Assembly (NCBI GenBank): GCA_051294375.1
Contig: CM119264.1
Span: forward strand, 3,876,247-3,940,246
Direction: 5' to 3'
DNA: 64,000 nt
Origin: Paraspadella gotoi
Taxonomy: Eukaryota > Animalia > Chaetognatha
The stretch's first letter is position 1, and the number at the start of each line of letters is the position of its first letter. The position numbers and the translations under genes are program-made. The notes below the pieces were generated by a model. It saw only the letters and a program-made list of their open reading frames with translations, ran no database searches and had not been told where the DNA came from. Positions 46,929-61,595 of the stretch are shown in pieces.

Positions 46929-49564
46929 TAGAGAAGGGAAGAGGAAGAGAGAGAGAGAGAGAGAGAGTCTCCGGACGAATTTGGAAACGAAATGATTTTT
47001 CGGCAAAGATCGAGTTTCACCTGAATCTCCGAGGGACGTTTTATCTCCGCTTTGAGCTCAATCACGACTTCACGTCTGTGATGTCGAATGTGATATTTTG
47101 GTTTGATGTCTCAGCGTCATATTTCAGATCGTAATATCACATATTAGCCTGTATTTTTACCTAAATTTTGTACCAATATCATAGAAATTTAAAGTTACAC
47201 CTAGGACACAAATGAATAACGTGGCGAAACGGTTCTCGTGCTGATTTTGTCCCTTTAAAAGTTGTTGCTGAGTCCAAATTAATTGATCACTACTTTGGTA
47301 ATAATGTGCGATAATACACATGGACATATCTTATTCTGACCATAACCCTTGACCATCAACAAAAAAGGCTAACTAGATCAAAAATAGTAAAAAAGATGAA
47401 GCAATAATAGCTCAAAACGCTTACAAAATTTTAGACGATTGCTTTTATAAATGCAAAAAAATTATTAATATTATTAAAACAAAACTTTAACGATAACGCT
47501 AATAGTTAACCGAGATCCAAGATAAATTTTTTTACCTATCATTTCCTTGCAATTTATATGTGAATCATTTGTTTGTAATTAGTCAATTAATCTAAATAAC
47601 AATATGACAAATTCATTTTCAATTTTTTTTTTATGAATGGGAAGTTTTCTCTGCTCTCCCCTTGTGTCTATTAATTTAATATTTTTAAAGGTATTTTCAA
47701 AAACTATATAATTACTAGATATTTTTCACTTTTTTTCAAATTCTTTCAACAAAACAACATCATAAAAACATTTTAAATTAATTAAAAAAATTGATTGAAT
47801 GATTTTGGAAAAAATATTTTGAACTTGAGAATAATGGATTATGAGTCAGGAAAAAATTTTGCAATTCTTAAAAAAATCAGCCTCGTAGCCTTTTGATTTT
47901 TTTAGAGGCTGATTTTTTTATTTTTTTTGATTATTTTAATTTTCTATGCAAAACATTATTCTCAATGAGCATGAGGTCGGATAAAATTTTCTTCGCCAAC
48001 AATTTGAAAAAATTTCAACTTTTCTAATTAGGCTTTTTTGGGGGAAATAAATAATAAATTATTATACAATGGGTACATCTGAAAGTGATATATCTCTAAA
48101 TGACAAAAAATTTTTTCAAGTTTTTTTTAAAAATTTTTAAGTATTGTACCAACAGAAATAAGTGAGATACTCCCGCTTTGGCCAAAATTTTTATTTAACA
48201 AAGATTTTGTACTCGCGCGTAATTTAAAAAACGTTATTTTTAAATAAACTTTTGAAAGAAGAGAGGTAGCAAAGTGATTGTGGTATCAATTAAAGGCCCT
48301 AATCATGGGACAGCATTTCTAAAAGAGTTTTATTAAATTAAATCCATAAATCTTTACACAGCTTTTGTTTAAAATCAGAGTTTAAAGTATATACAGTTTT
48401 TTGGCTTTAAAAAATTTCAATGAAGACATATGAAATTTTTTCTTTTTCTTTTGTAATTTGAAAAAGGAAAGACTGAATTACATTTTGTTTATTATATAAA
48501 TTTTTTTTATTCGCATAAATTTGCTTATATTTTTCAGTTAAAGTAAAAAACAAGCAGAAATTTATGTTGTTACTTTGATAAAATATTTTAAATATTTTTT
48601 ATTTTAAAATGATGAATACAAAAAGTTTTCAGCTTGATATAAACAGTCTGGACATCTCCTTCTTGTCTGTGAAAAAAAATTGTTCATTTTTTCATTATCT
48701 TTAACTGCAACTAAAAGCTTGACAACACCATTGCTCTTGGTTTATCATATTAAAGTTTGTAAAAATGATAATATGGCTGGGTAACATAGTTTGACAAAGC
48801 AAAACATCATTGTGTTAATTTGTTATTTGGAAATTTTTTTTTAAATATAGCGAAGAATTTAACGTTTTATTATTTTATCATGCTTTTTAATTTAAGTAAA
48901 AATTATTTTGCGTCTAATAGCCTGTTGGAAAGGGTTCATTGAACTGACTTATATGATAAAATTTTTTAGACTTTCTTTACTGGCCCCCGATTGTCACAAG
49001 ATATTAAAAGTCATGGGTTATCATTGTCAATTAAGTCCAGATGTATCTGTACCTCGTTTCTGCAACCTGCGATTCAAATTTTCTTTTTTTTCCCTTTCCA
49101 AATGTATTAAATTAAATAAAATATATTTGAGGAAACAATCGCGTGGGGATGCGCATTGTATAGCCTTAGTTCTACTCCTACTGTCCCGATCGAATTTTTT
49201 AAATGAGGTTTTTTTTTCCAATCTATTTTTGTAGACATAACCACTAACTATTTAGTAGCTATTATTTTTTTTTATATTTTTTTTTATACATACTTCTAGT
49301 GAATAAAATATGAAATAAGTAATTTTTTAAAAAAAATTTATCATTTTTCACCCATATTCAGTCATATCAAAAAAACAAAAAAAAATTTTGCATGTGATAT
49401 TTTGTGATATCAGCATAATGAAACTATAACGTTTCAAAAAAATAAAAAGAAGTATAGAATATATTGAACAGTGAATTTTTTTTATGCACGAACAGTAACG
49501 TTACGCATTTTTCATTGTGTCAAGAGTATTTGACAGAAACATTTTTTTAATTGTAAAGAGAATC

Positions 49565-49825
49565 ACAAATAGCTAGTTGGTCAGCGAGTACGTCAGTGCA
49601 ATTCAGTCAGTAAGTTAATTTGTCAGTAAATCAATCATTTCAGACAGTCAGTAAATCAGTTACAAGTCAGTCTTTTTCAGTAAAGTCAATCTGTTCAGTC
49701 ACTCATTCAGTCAGTAAGTCAGTTTGTTAGTAAGTTTAATTTGTTGTCACTCTTTCAGTCAGTCAGTCTGTTAGTCAGTCAATATTTTCAGTCACGTTTT
49801 CTGTCAGTCAGTCAGCTAAGTCGGT
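49565..49825 (+). repeat. Degenerate (CAGT)n microsatellite tract
   Basis: Repeated cagtcagt/cagtaagt/tcagtt units. Confidence 0.8.
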
Positions 49826-50277
49826 CTACGGGACTCGTGAATACTATCTCCAAATTTTTTTTCGTTTTTCTCTTTTTTCCCCTTTTTTTTTCATCATTTG
49901 TTCTTTTTTTTTCATTAACTCAGCAGATTTATTACTACGATGACGATCGAGACCGACCAACGACCGACAAAGATGACGACCAACGACACGACGCCGACGT
50001 TGACAGCGACGACGACGACAACAAACGACGACCCAGCCGGCCGAGACCGAAGGCAGGCAAGCACGGATTCCGTGAACTTTCCTTCATTAAGTTCATCTTT
50101 CGCGTGCGCAGAGACGAGAGAGAATCGAAGGAGATTATGCATAACGATGGAATAACAGAATTTTTGATGACGTTTGGGGGCGAGTGACGACGACGACGAC
50201 GCGACGAACCAACGACGACGACGACGACGACGACGACGTACGGGGGATGAGAAGGGATGGATGAAAAGAATGAGTGT

Positions 50278-50351
<74 letters not shown>

Positions 50352-50919
50352 ACGGAATAATCCCCGTCATCGATTGTCTTCATCTCTGCAAGAAAAAACA
50401 ACTTGTAGGAGTTCATGGCCTTCGCCGCCGCTTTTCGCCGCCTTCGCCGCAGTGCGGCCGCCGCGCCGCCCTACCGCGCCCGCTGCCGGGGAAATAATCG
50501 GCGTTAATCTCGTCTCAGATAAAAGATAAGATTCATTCTACAAGACGAAGGACGCCGAGGAGGAGGAGAAGGGGGAGGAGGAGGAGGAGGAGGAGGAGGA
50601 AGATAAGACGTCATCGAAACTGGAAACACAAGAGAATCGAGGAAAATCGCATCCATTTGACGAAGTCGCTGCCGCAGCCGCTGCCGCCGCCGCAGCCGCT
50701 GCCGCCGCCGCAGATGTCGTTCGCCTCCCAATTTCTGTTCCATCGCAGAGTCTTTCTCTCTCTTCGCCCGCGATTCACAAAACTACTTCGACCCTATCGT
50801 CCCATTCGGTGGAATTCCGTCCATTTGGATGAAAATGGAAGGAAATGGAAAATGAGATGAAAATGGGATTTGGAAAGATGGGGGGGGGAAGGGAGATAAG
50901 GAAGGGGAGTGGTGATTGC

Positions 50920-51230
50920 AGGATGGGACTGGTCTGCGGGATGGAACCTTTGCGGGATGGAACTTTGGCAGGATGGAACTCTTGGGAAATTGAGTCTTTG
51001 AGGGATGAAAATAACTCGTTTGAAAGTTGGGACAGTCGCTGGATGGAACTTTTGAGGGATGGAACTCTGGCAGGATGGAACTCTTGGAATATTGATCCAT
51101 CGAGGGACGAAAATAACTGGTTCGAGTCGCAGTATGGAACTTTTGCGGAATGAAACTATTGTAAAAAAAGAATGACTTAGGGATGATAATGTTAAGAATT
51201 GCAGATCAAAATCGATGTGGGATGGAACTT
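50920..51230 (+). repeat. GATGGAACT minisatellite with a ~100-bp higher-order unit
   Basis: gggatggaact(t/c)tggcaggatggaactcttgg...gagggaYgaaaataact occurs twice; GATGGAAC occurs about 7 times. Confidence 0.8.
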
Positions 51231-51546
51231 TTGCTGATTGTTTTGGCCTCGATATGGAGAGAGAGAGACGAAACGATGCCAAGAAGACCAATGGAATTTC
51301 TGTGCTGAAATAAGGGGGGGATTGATCGTGAGGGGGGGCGGAGGCGTTGTCCGGTGAATGGGGTGATTTTTTGTGAAGGGGGTGAGGATTTGAGTGATGA
51401 GGGATGGTGGGCAGTAAAGATCAACCGGTAAAGAGGGTGCAAAGGGTGTAAGCCAGGAGAGAGGTGTGGAAATGAGAGAAGGGAAAGGAAGGAAAAAGTT
51501 TGAAGAGGTTGGCAAATAAGTTGGCGTGGATAAAGGCAGAGATTGG

Positions 51547-51610
<64 letters not shown>

Positions 51611-51894
51611 GGAAGAGAGAGAGAGTTTTAAAGTAGAAAATAAGGTGGAGAAAAAGATCCGTGAAAGAAAAACGAGTGAAAACTGTGTGAGGGGGGGTGA
51701 GTGAGAAAGAGAAGAGGAGAAGAGAAGAGAAGGAAGAGGAAAGAGAAATAATAGCGGGAGAGGCTCCTCCATTGATGCATTTCTCCCTCGAGTTTCATAA
51801 AAGGAAAAATCGATGAAGGGAAATAACAGCAGCGTTTTCAGACAAAAGATTTATTCGACCTCCGTTAGATGGCAGCACGGTGAGGATGCGAGAG

Positions 51895-51947
<53 letters not shown>

Positions 51948-52859
51948 ACGTTTAAGTATAGGAAGAGGAGAAAGGAGAAGAGGAAGAGAGAGAGGAGAAG
52001 GTTAACAGAGAATGAGAGAAGAAACGTTTATATGTTAGGGAAAGAGGGGAGAAGGGTAGAAAGAGGAAGAGAGAGATGGGAGAAGGTGTAAGAGAGAGAG
52101 ATAGAGAGAGAGAGGAAAGGGATGAAGAAAGAGGGAGAGAAAGGGGGAACGGAGGAAGAGGGAGGGAGAGAGAGGAGAGAAGGATGTAGGGGTTTTGAAA
52201 TGTGGAGGAGAACATTTGATGTCGATGTGGAAGGCAAGATGGGTGAAGATGTCAAGACAAAAATGGTGGTTTAAGCTGAGAAATTAGAAACGGGACGCAA
52301 ACGAACCGCCTGATAGATAGATAGGATAGAAAGAAAGATATGTACTTATGTACTTTTGTAGTCAGATACATTGATACATTTTTGGTAATCTTGCGTTGAG
52401 GACATCTGTAAAACATTCGTTCAATTTGTCGGATCAGTAAGTCAGGAGCCAAGAAAAAAAAAATTTAACTAAAAGAAACTCAGACCAAGAAAAAATAGAA
52501 ATAAACGAGTTTTAGTTTCGTGAAAAGAGATTAAATAAGAATTAGCGTCGACAACGAAGAAGAAAAAAAAATAATTCAATTTTTAGATGAAGATGAATCT
52601 CCAACAAAGAAAAGAAAAAAAGATAAAGAAAAAAAGTTTTGTTGAAAAAAAAAGGAAAAAAAAAAAACAAAAAAAAAAAACCGGAAATGAATTCGTCATT
52701 TCTTCCTCTTTTGTGTTTTGTGTTTCGGTCTTTTAAGATTTAAAAAAAAATGTCTGGAAAGAGAAGAAAAAAACTATTCGTTCGTTGCGATGAATTTTAT
52801 TGGCCTTATTTTCCCAGAACGCACCATTTTATTTTAAAGTCGGAATTAGATTAAAACTT

Positions 52860-52945
52860 TTTTGAGTTAAAGATTAGTTTTTGAGTTAAAGGTTAGGATC
52901 AAAGATTAGTTTTTGAGTTAAAGGTTAGGATCAAAGATTAGTTTA
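52860..52945 (+). repeat. Short tandem repeat, ~32-33-bp unit
   Basis: aaagattagtttttgagttaaaggttaggatc repeated about 2.5 times. Confidence 0.85.
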
Positions 52946-53419
52946 ATGATGATGGTTAAGAATTTTAGTTAGGAATTAGTTTTTAAGGTTAGTGATTGTT
53001 ATGAAATAACGATCCTCTATATTTCGATGAAATCCAATCTTCTCTACTTCTCCCAATGCTCTTTTGTTCTTTTTTACTGACTCAGAAGAGGCTTCTGTTT
53101 CAGCGATTGCAGCGACATCTTTAGTTACGATTATTGTTAAATAAGAATAAGTAATAAGGAATAAGGAATAAGGGTTTAGGGTAAAAATTTCGGATTAAGT
53201 TTCTAAGTTTAAGATCATTATTTTTTTATTTTAAAAATAATATTATTGATTAACAGATATATTTCTATATTAAAATTGAATTCTGGGATAAACGAACAGA
53301 AATAGGGGCCTTTCTTAAAATAAAGCCATTTTATTTTCTATTGAGGAAAAAAAATGACGCAAATCGAAGTTTGTTTTGTTTTTCTGTAATGAAGAAAGTC
53401 TGAATTGGAAAATGAAAAA

Positions 53420-53450
<31 letters not shown>

Positions 53451-53774
53451 CATTATTCCAAGTCTTAACCAAAACACAAGGAATGATTCAAAGTTGTTTT
53501 TTTTTTAGCGAAAGAAGAGATACTTCGTCTTGAATTCACTTTGTTTTCTTTTGAGAGCAAAGATAAAACAATATTAAATCTTTGTCCGATTTTTTTCGGC
53601 GTCAATAAAATTATGATCAAGTAAAATCAAAATTGTTCCTCGCAACGCACTATGATCGAAGTGAACGTTAAAATCGGAAAAATTTGTATTTAAAAAGCAA
53701 TGGTCCAACGCTTCTGAGAGTAGAAATGACTCTTTAAAAAAAGTGTGCCTTTTTCTACCTCAAAGACGTCACTA

Positions 53775-54490
53775 CCTGTTCCGTGTAATTGCCCACTGAG
53801 GAAATTAATGCTGCCAGTACAACAATGTTAAGAGCAATGATCATAAACCATTTAAATTCATTTACATAATCCAAGTAATTGTCCAATGAGGAAAGGCGAG
53901 AGGCGAGTGAGAGAAAACAGGAACCCTTCCCGTTCCCTACGATGACCAACGCTACCGCTAGTAAAAACTGATTCTAGAAAACTGGTGCCTTTCCTTCCCT
54001 TACCAATACATTTACAAATCCAAAACTAATTGTCCACTGAGAAGGAACAACTTCCCAAGTCCTCCACTGTAATAACATGACCAAGAAGAAACCAACGCTA
54101 CCACTCGTAAAATTGAGGCCAGAATAACTGGTGCCTTTCTTTTCCTTACAATTCATTACATAATCCAAGTGATTGTCCACTTGAGAAGGAACAACATCCC
54201 CGTCCTACGCTGTAAGAGAGATGAGTAGTAACGCTACGCTAGTAAAAATGATTGCTAAGAAAACTGGTCCTTTCTTTTCTTCTACCATATACTTACCATA
54301 ATCCAACTAATCCAACTAACTTCCCAGTCCTACGCTGTTAGGAACGATGACCAGAAACCAACACTACCACTAGTAAAAATGTCTAAAACTGTGCCATTTC
54401 TCTTCCTCACCTGATCCATGTAAATGTCCCTGAGAAAGGAACAAATCCCAGTCCTACGATGAAGAGCATGACCAGACCCAAACGCCAACG
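53775..54490 (-). repeat. Degenerate ~140-bp tandem repeat (about 5 units), possibly coding for hydrophobic repeats
   Basis: Recurrent tacataatccaag..attgtcca..gagaaggaacaa..cccgtcctac..gacca..acgctacc.ctagtaaaa..aactggtgcctttc. The cleanest unit translates on the minus strand as FLLAVALVIV...SLDNYLDYVNEFKWFMIIALNIVVLAALISSVGNYTEQ. Confidence 0.7.
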
Positions 54491-55534
54491 AGGAAACGAG
54501 ACGAGCGAAAAACTTGTGGCCGAATTTGATGAGAAATTCTGAGGCCCTGAAACGGCGATGGCGCAGGGAGGATGAAGATCGCAAGGAGAACCATTCCTGT
54601 TTTTTGGAGGATGAAGGATAGAAAAGACCAGAGAAGGATGAGCAGGATATTAAGATGGAAGGGAAAGGGAAGTGTGGATGAAGAGAGAGTTAATAAGGGA
54701 AAAAGAGAAGATATTAGGAAATTTAAGGAATTTAAGGGAAGGTACGAAGGGAAGAAAAGGAAAAAAGAAGCAAAGGAAGGGAAGAAGTGTGAGTGTGGTC
54801 AAAATTAAAACTAAGAGAAAATCGAAAAAATTAATAGTGAAATCCTAAAATAATTTTCAGCAATGACTTTGATTACCGATTATCTTCAGCTTTCGAGAAT
54901 CGTGGCCAATGAAATGAGTCATGGAGGCTGACGTCCTGTCTTGATGTCATACGCATTGAGATCGGGAGATGATGAGACTCACCAGGACAACAGCTCCATC
55001 TTTTTACCGGAGCTTGTCTGCAGAAAAAAGAAATTAGAGAAAGCAAACTGATTGAGTCGGAAGGAGAGAAAGAGGAGGGGAAACGAAAAGAAGGAAAAAG
55101 AGAAGAAAATAGAAAGAGGGGAAAATAAGAAAAATAAGAAAATAAGCGAAAAAAGTAGAAAGAAAATGAAAGAGGAAAAGAGAAGAAAAAGAAAGAGTGT
55201 AAAGCAGAAAAAGAAAATAGGAAAAGAGAAGAAAAAAGAAAAATAGGAAAAGATAAGAAAGAAGAAAATTAGGGAAAAGAAGAAAAGAAACAGAATAGAG
55301 AAAAAAAAAGAAAAAGAGGAAAAGAGTAAAGAAAAAGAAAGAGGAAAAAGAAAAGAGGCAAAGAAAAGAGGCGAAAGGAGAAAAAAAGAAAAGCATTGAA
55401 AAGAAAAGAAAACAGAAAAGAAGGAAATATAAGAAAAAGAAAATAGGACAAAGAAAAGAGGAGAAAGGAAAAGAAAATAGGGCAAAAAAAAAAAGAGTTC
55501 TCGGTCTCGAAAATAAGGTCGGCGATAATTAATA

Positions 55535-56010
55535 TTTTTTTAGTCGGATCTGCTTATCAGCAGATTCCCGACTCTATTATTTTCACTTTGTCAGTCCGTC
55601 GGTCCGCCCCCCTCAAAATATTGTTCGGGCATACACTTATATATATACCGAATATTCGAATTATGATTAAATTATGCAAAAAAAAAAGATGTCCTTCCAT
55701 TCATCCATCGTCCGCCCAACTAGCAAAAATTACTCTGATTGGTGGATGGATTTGAATGAAATTTTTGTGTGTGAGTAGGGAAGTGTGTTAATTTGATCTG
55801 ATATGAAGTTTCGAATGGGGATTTCAATTTCGAGTGGAAATGAGTTTTAAATTGAAAAAACCAAAAAATATATTTTAACATATTTGAACACCAATTGCTC
55901 ATGAGTGGATGAGGCAATTGACCTTGAATTTTGTATGTGGTAGGGAAAGTGTGTGCATTAAGATTTGATATTCATCTGAATCGGGAAATGAGGTTAACTG
56001 GAAAAAACAA
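55535..56010 (+). mobile_element. DINE-1/HINE-like element (second family)
   Basis: ttttagtcgga...cccgact short inverted repeat, (GTCC/GTCG) microsatellite, and atttgaatgaaatttttgtgtgtg core repeated internally. A related inverted end lies at ~56745-56800. Confidence 0.5.
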
Positions 56011-57619
56011 AACCTGTTTCACTAATTGATTATGCTTTTTTTCCTTTTATATTAAATAATTAAAAGCAGGATTGTATTTATAATCAAATAATTAAATCAT
56101 ACGTTCAATTAATTACCGAATGATTAAAATTAAAAAATGTCAATCAATCAAGTCAATTGTTATCGGCATTATTCTCGTTCGTCGTCATTGCTTTTGACGT
56201 GGTTAGTGACAAAAAGACCTAAAAAAACAAACAGTTGGGATCAATTTAATTTAATTGCCTAATTAATTAATTAATTAATTAATTTAATTAAACTTGAATT
56301 AATTTAATTAATAATTAATTAATTACCGATAATGATCTGTGGGCAGATCCACGACATACGTTTGCCTAAACTTGTTAATCAATGGTCATTTTTTGAAAAA
56401 AGAAGAGCCAGATGTCCGTCGAATGACACGTCAGCGAAGCGGAGGAAAAAAAACAAAGAATGATTTTCTTCTGAGGTGGTTGTTGCGCAGCATTAACTTT
56501 TCTTTCAATTATATTAAGCATTCCTCAACATGGTTTTAATTATTATTAAATATAAATTCAAATAACTAGGCATTATGTATATACATATCCAAAATAAATT
56601 GAAGTGTATCGTAACGGGGGGGAATCATATGAGATATGAAAGAAATGATCTAAACTTACTACCAGATGTAAATAGATTGAAGAAGTTGTAAGGGAGTTGA
56701 TCTCATTCGAAATGACCGAAATTATTCTGCACGATATCAGTCAGAACCGACCGACCAAAAAATATATTTGCTCCGCGTTTACTCGCATTCGCAACTAAAA
56801 AAAATCGAGTCGACGGAAGAGGGAATCGAGAAATGTTAGAAATCGCGGGAAATGCCAGCGGAAAATGGAGGTAGGGAAGTGAAAATCGGCAGAGGTAAAT
56901 TTTGGGGTGAGTGGAGGAAAGTGGTGAGGGTGTGAGGGTTATTCTAAAAAAAAGCTGCCAGAAATATGAGGGTAAGATTGGATCAAAAAATAGGAAAGAC
57001 CGAGTCGGACTGTTGGCAAGAGGTTCCCTCCTTTCACTTTTTTTTTCTTTTTATTTTTTTTTAAGTTCTGTTTTTCTTTTTTTTTTGCTCATCTATTTTA
57101 AATCTTTTTCTTTTCTTTCTCTTTTTGATTATATTTTCTGTTTAATACGTACTTTCTTTCCTCCAACCAATTCGTTCTTCTTTGCCATCTCTTTCCGCTT
57201 TTATATTCTCTCGGCAATTTCTTTGCCATCGCTGTCTCCACTTCGCCATCCGTTACCACTTCTCATTCATTTGGCCCTTGCCATTTTCTCCGCATCCACT
57301 CCTTCTTTTTTTTTTTGAACGCGCCACCCCCAATCCATCAGCCCGGCTTCACCACCCCCACTCCACCACTCACTCTACCACCCTCCGCACCGCGGGGGCG
57401 TTGATAATCCGGGGATTGTCGACGAATAAATGACGGCGCGAAAAAGACCATTAAACTTTGATTTAAGGGGAACTTGGGTTAAAAGCAGTTGCATCCGAAA
57501 GAGAAGACAGAGAGAGAAGAGTGAGAGAGAGAGACCAGAGTTAGAGAGCGGAGAGAGAGAGAAAAACTTAGAGGGAAAGAGACAGAGTTAGAGAGAGAAG
57601 GAGGGTGAGAGGAGAGACG

Positions 57620-57657
<38 letters not shown>

Positions 57658-57707
57658 AAGAGAGAGAAAGACGAGAGAGAGGGAAGGAACGGAGGGAAGA
57701 GGGAGAA

Positions 57708-57754
<47 letters not shown>

Positions 57755-57923
57755 GCAGAGACTTTTTCTTTTCCTGAACATAATAAAATGAATGGATATA
57801 ATTTTTATAAGTACTAATGGCCTTTTCATAGCGGCAGCTTCTCTCTTTAGGATTCTACGAGAACATCTAGGATGCTTTGTCTGTAGATGTTTGCTATTTA
57901 TTTTCTTAATCGTCGATTGACAG

Positions 57924-58400
57924 GATACGAAATCTCGGGATTCTTTTCTAGTTGCTACCACCCAAGTTTCCATGCTCAGCCGATTACCGAGATTTCTTAA
58001 ATCAATGTTCACAAGTTAGTATTTTACAATACGTAAAATCTTTCCCTCATTGCCCAAACTCTTACTACATTCCCCTTCGCCGGATTCCAAAAAATTGCCC
58101 CTTCATCTGCCACCCATCACCTTTCTCTTTCTCTACCCCCACCTCTCCCCCTTTATTTTTTTTTCCCTCCCTCCCTCCCTTTCCTCCCCTCTCCCTCCCT
58201 CCCTTCTCTCCTCCCTCCTTTCTCCCTCGATTCTTTTAGTGGAATCTAATTTGATGACGGGAAACGGCGACGAGAACATTTCGATCCCCAATTTCGATTC
58301 AGTGGCGGACGAAAGGAAAAACCGGTCCCGCCCGCAGCAGCCGCCTCCGCCGTCGCAGCGCGGCGGCAGTTACATTCCGCAGCCGCAGGAGCACCGCCGA
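57924..58400 (+). other. Two possible phase-compatible coding exons of an unidentified gene
   Basis: cag|57924-58014|gttagt (DTKSRDSFLVATTQVSMLSRLPRFLKSMFT) joins in phase 1 to ttttag|58240-~58400 (MESNLMTGNGDENISIPNFDSVADERKNRSRPQQPPPPSQRGGSYIPQ). No homology recognised. Confidence 0.3.
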
Positions 58401-60809
58401 AGTTTAACCCATTGTTCTTCGGCATCGATCAATTTTTTTGGGATCAATAAAGATTCTTCTCCGAAAACGCTCGTTCTCGTCTGGTTCTCTTCCCCCCCCC
58501 CACTTCCTGTTTCAGCCTCCGCCCCCTCCGCCCCCTACATCGGGTATTTAACGTTACATCAAAATTATAATTTTTTTTCCAATAACTTTATTCGACATTC
58601 GGCTCCGTTATTGCTTTACTTTTTTAAGGAAGTTTATACAATGTGCTACTTTTTCTCTCTTGTCTTGCTTCGTTCTATTTCAAACCACCCCCCCCCCCAA
58701 CTACTCTCAACTTCACCACAGCTCCACCAGTCTCCATCTCCGCTGCCCATATTTCACTCTTCCTCTTGGCGCGAACCTGATTTATTAGTTGATTCTGAGA
58801 AAATTCGCCGAGAATCGAGCTTGAATGGTTATTTGTAAAATCGAGGCTCAGATTCCGGGGGATTTTTTTTTTCAAATCTTAAATGTCAAACTTTAAACGT
58901 CGAATTTTCAAAATGTTGTAAATCACTTTAGTGATTTACTTACCTCCCGAATCTGTACAATTTTTTCCTTTTCTTTTTTTTTTTCAATTTTTTTTTTTGT
59001 TCCGGTATTACTAACTTTCTTCTCTCCTACTAGGATTTGTCTCTTACTTTCTTTACTATAAGCATATTCCCTTTACTTTCTATATAAATTCTTCTGTCGG
59101 CACCACACTAGATCTTCACTTGCATTGCTTTCATATTTTTTACGTTTTTAATCTTAATAAACCAGATGCCTGTGTACAAACAAAAGAGCATTTTTAAAAA
59201 GAAAATAGCATATAAAATTTATTTTAAGTACATTCACCAGAGGTTTTAATATTTTTTTCTGAAACAAAAAAACAGCCCCATTAAATTTTTTTGGTATTTT
59301 TAGAGGAAACTACTAAACTACGAAACTACTAAAGAAAAAAGCTTTTGTAAGATAAAGGAACATTTATAATAAATTTTAGCTTCACCCACTAGATCTTCAC
59401 TTTGTTACCTGCTCTTCACAAAATAGCAATTATTTTTTTGTAATTTTTTATATTTTAAATTTTTTTTAAATATTTTTTGTATTTTTTTAACAAAGTATTT
59501 TTTTATTATTCTATTTTGTTTATTGTATTTCTTATTCTATGTTTTGATTTAAAGCATTTTTATCATATATCATACTTCAAAACAAAAATAATATTGTTTT
59601 GACTTATAAAATTTATTTGCAAGTACCAAAATGATATTAGTGCGATAGTTCAGTTTAAGCCCTTTAAAGTGATTTACATATATTGGCGGAGCCACTGGTT
59701 CTATTGTATCAGTATTGTCTTGTCTTTACTCCTAAATTAATATTGCACAAGACATACACGGATCAAATGGGAGTGAAATGAAAGGATCAAAGGATCATCA
59801 AAAGATCATAGGCAACTTCAGATGATTTTGCACTTTTAGAAAAATCGCTGACTTTTTTTATTTTTCAACTCCCATTAGTCCAGCTTGCTTTACTTTCTTA
59901 GTTATGTGCTCGTCAATGACATCGGTCGAATTTTAAAAAAAGACATTTTTTGTATATTGAATATGACTTCCTATTATAATATATATTTTAATAAAAAAAT
60001 GAAATGATGAAAAAAATTTGGATCATCTTACAGATATAGACATTGGTGTTATGTCCCTAAGCAATCAGAATGTCAAAAAACTTTTTACCGCCACAATGAC
60101 AGCCATTTTTATTTTTTTAGTATTTCTAGTTAAAATTTATAGAAAAAAAATTTCAGCTTTTAAAAAATATGGAAAAGAACCAATAAGTTGCCTAACTAAA
60201 TCTTGAATATATTTAATAAAAAAATTTTGGCATGCTCCCCAAGACTAACTAATAAATATAAAATAAATGAAAATATTTGACTCAATTTTTTTTACAATGA
60301 GTTTATAAATGAAGTGGGGAGAAATTTCGAAAAAAAAGCTGCTGTTAGGCAATTGCACCAGTTAACTTTATTAAGAGCATAAAGGTCAGAGAATTTTCTA
60401 ACTAATGAAATGATCAAATATCAATCATAATTTAGTCAATTAAGAGTATGACAAATCTTTTCATTTCATTACCATTTGAAATCCGTGAACTTTGTAGTGT
60501 AGTTAATAACTATCAAAATAAATAAAATGAAAAAAAATAGAAAAATAGGATAAAATAAAAATAAATAAAAATATAAAAATTTAAAAAAATATAATAAAAC
60601 AAATTGAAACAATGAATAATGGAATGGCAGGTTTTTTCTCGTGGCGATTTCCTTTTATCACCTTGTATGTTGTTTTTAACAACCATATTAAAGCCTAGTT
60701 AAATTTGAATATACTTTTTTCTTTCCTCTTTTGTCTTCCTCTTTAAACCTCACCTTTTCCTTACCTCTTTAACGTCTGACGGAGCCTCTTTTTTAGCGCA
60801 TCTAGAACT

Positions 60810-60874
<65 letters not shown>

Positions 60875-61049
60875 CTCTCTCTCTCTCTTCTCCTCCCTCT
60901 CTCTCTCTCTCTCTTCCCTCATCTCGCGAAGAAAGGCCGGGGAAAAATTGAGCGCAGGTCAAAGGTCAACTTTCGATAGCAAAAATTACTTTTTTCTTTA
61001 AAGAGGGGAGAAGAAGAGAGAGGAGAGAAGAGTGAGCGAGTGAGAGAGA

Positions 61050-61084
<35 letters not shown>

Positions 61085-61595
61085 GAGAGAGAGAGAGAGA
61101 GGAGGAGAGAGAGAAGAGAGAGAGAGAGAAGGAGAAGAGAGAGATGAAGGAGAGAGAGAGAGAGAGATGAGAGAGAGAAAGAGAGAGAGAGAGAGAGAAG
61201 GAGGGAGAGAGAGAGAGAGAGAGAGAGAAGAGAGGAGAGAGTTTTATACAAAGCCCACGTCCGGAATTTTAATTCACGTCTTTAAGTGTGTAAATCTCTC
61301 TCTCTCTCTCCCTTCTCCTTCAATACGTCTCGCTCTCTCTCGATTCGTTCATAAATCATATTTTTCGGTGAAAAACAAAAATTTATCGTTTTACTCTTTC
61401 TATTTCGTTCCTTTGTTCATTTTTTCTCTTTCTTTTCCATGGCTTTTAGCGAGATAGAGAGAGAGAGGAAGACAGGAATAGAAAGAGAAGTTTACGATAT
61501 TTTACAAGACACTGAAGCAACAGTTCCATGGATGCGGTTTTGAAGTTAGACCATTTTTTTTCGCTTTTGCTTCGCATCACGATTATTTTCAAATG

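Noticed and set aside
46600-47070. Scattered small exon-like segments on the minus strand
   Set aside because: Could not be joined into a consistent frame or a recognisable protein.
50920-54490. CRISPR-like repeat/spacer arrays
   Set aside because: Eukaryotic context, spacers are related to each other, repeats are degenerate, and there are no cas genes.
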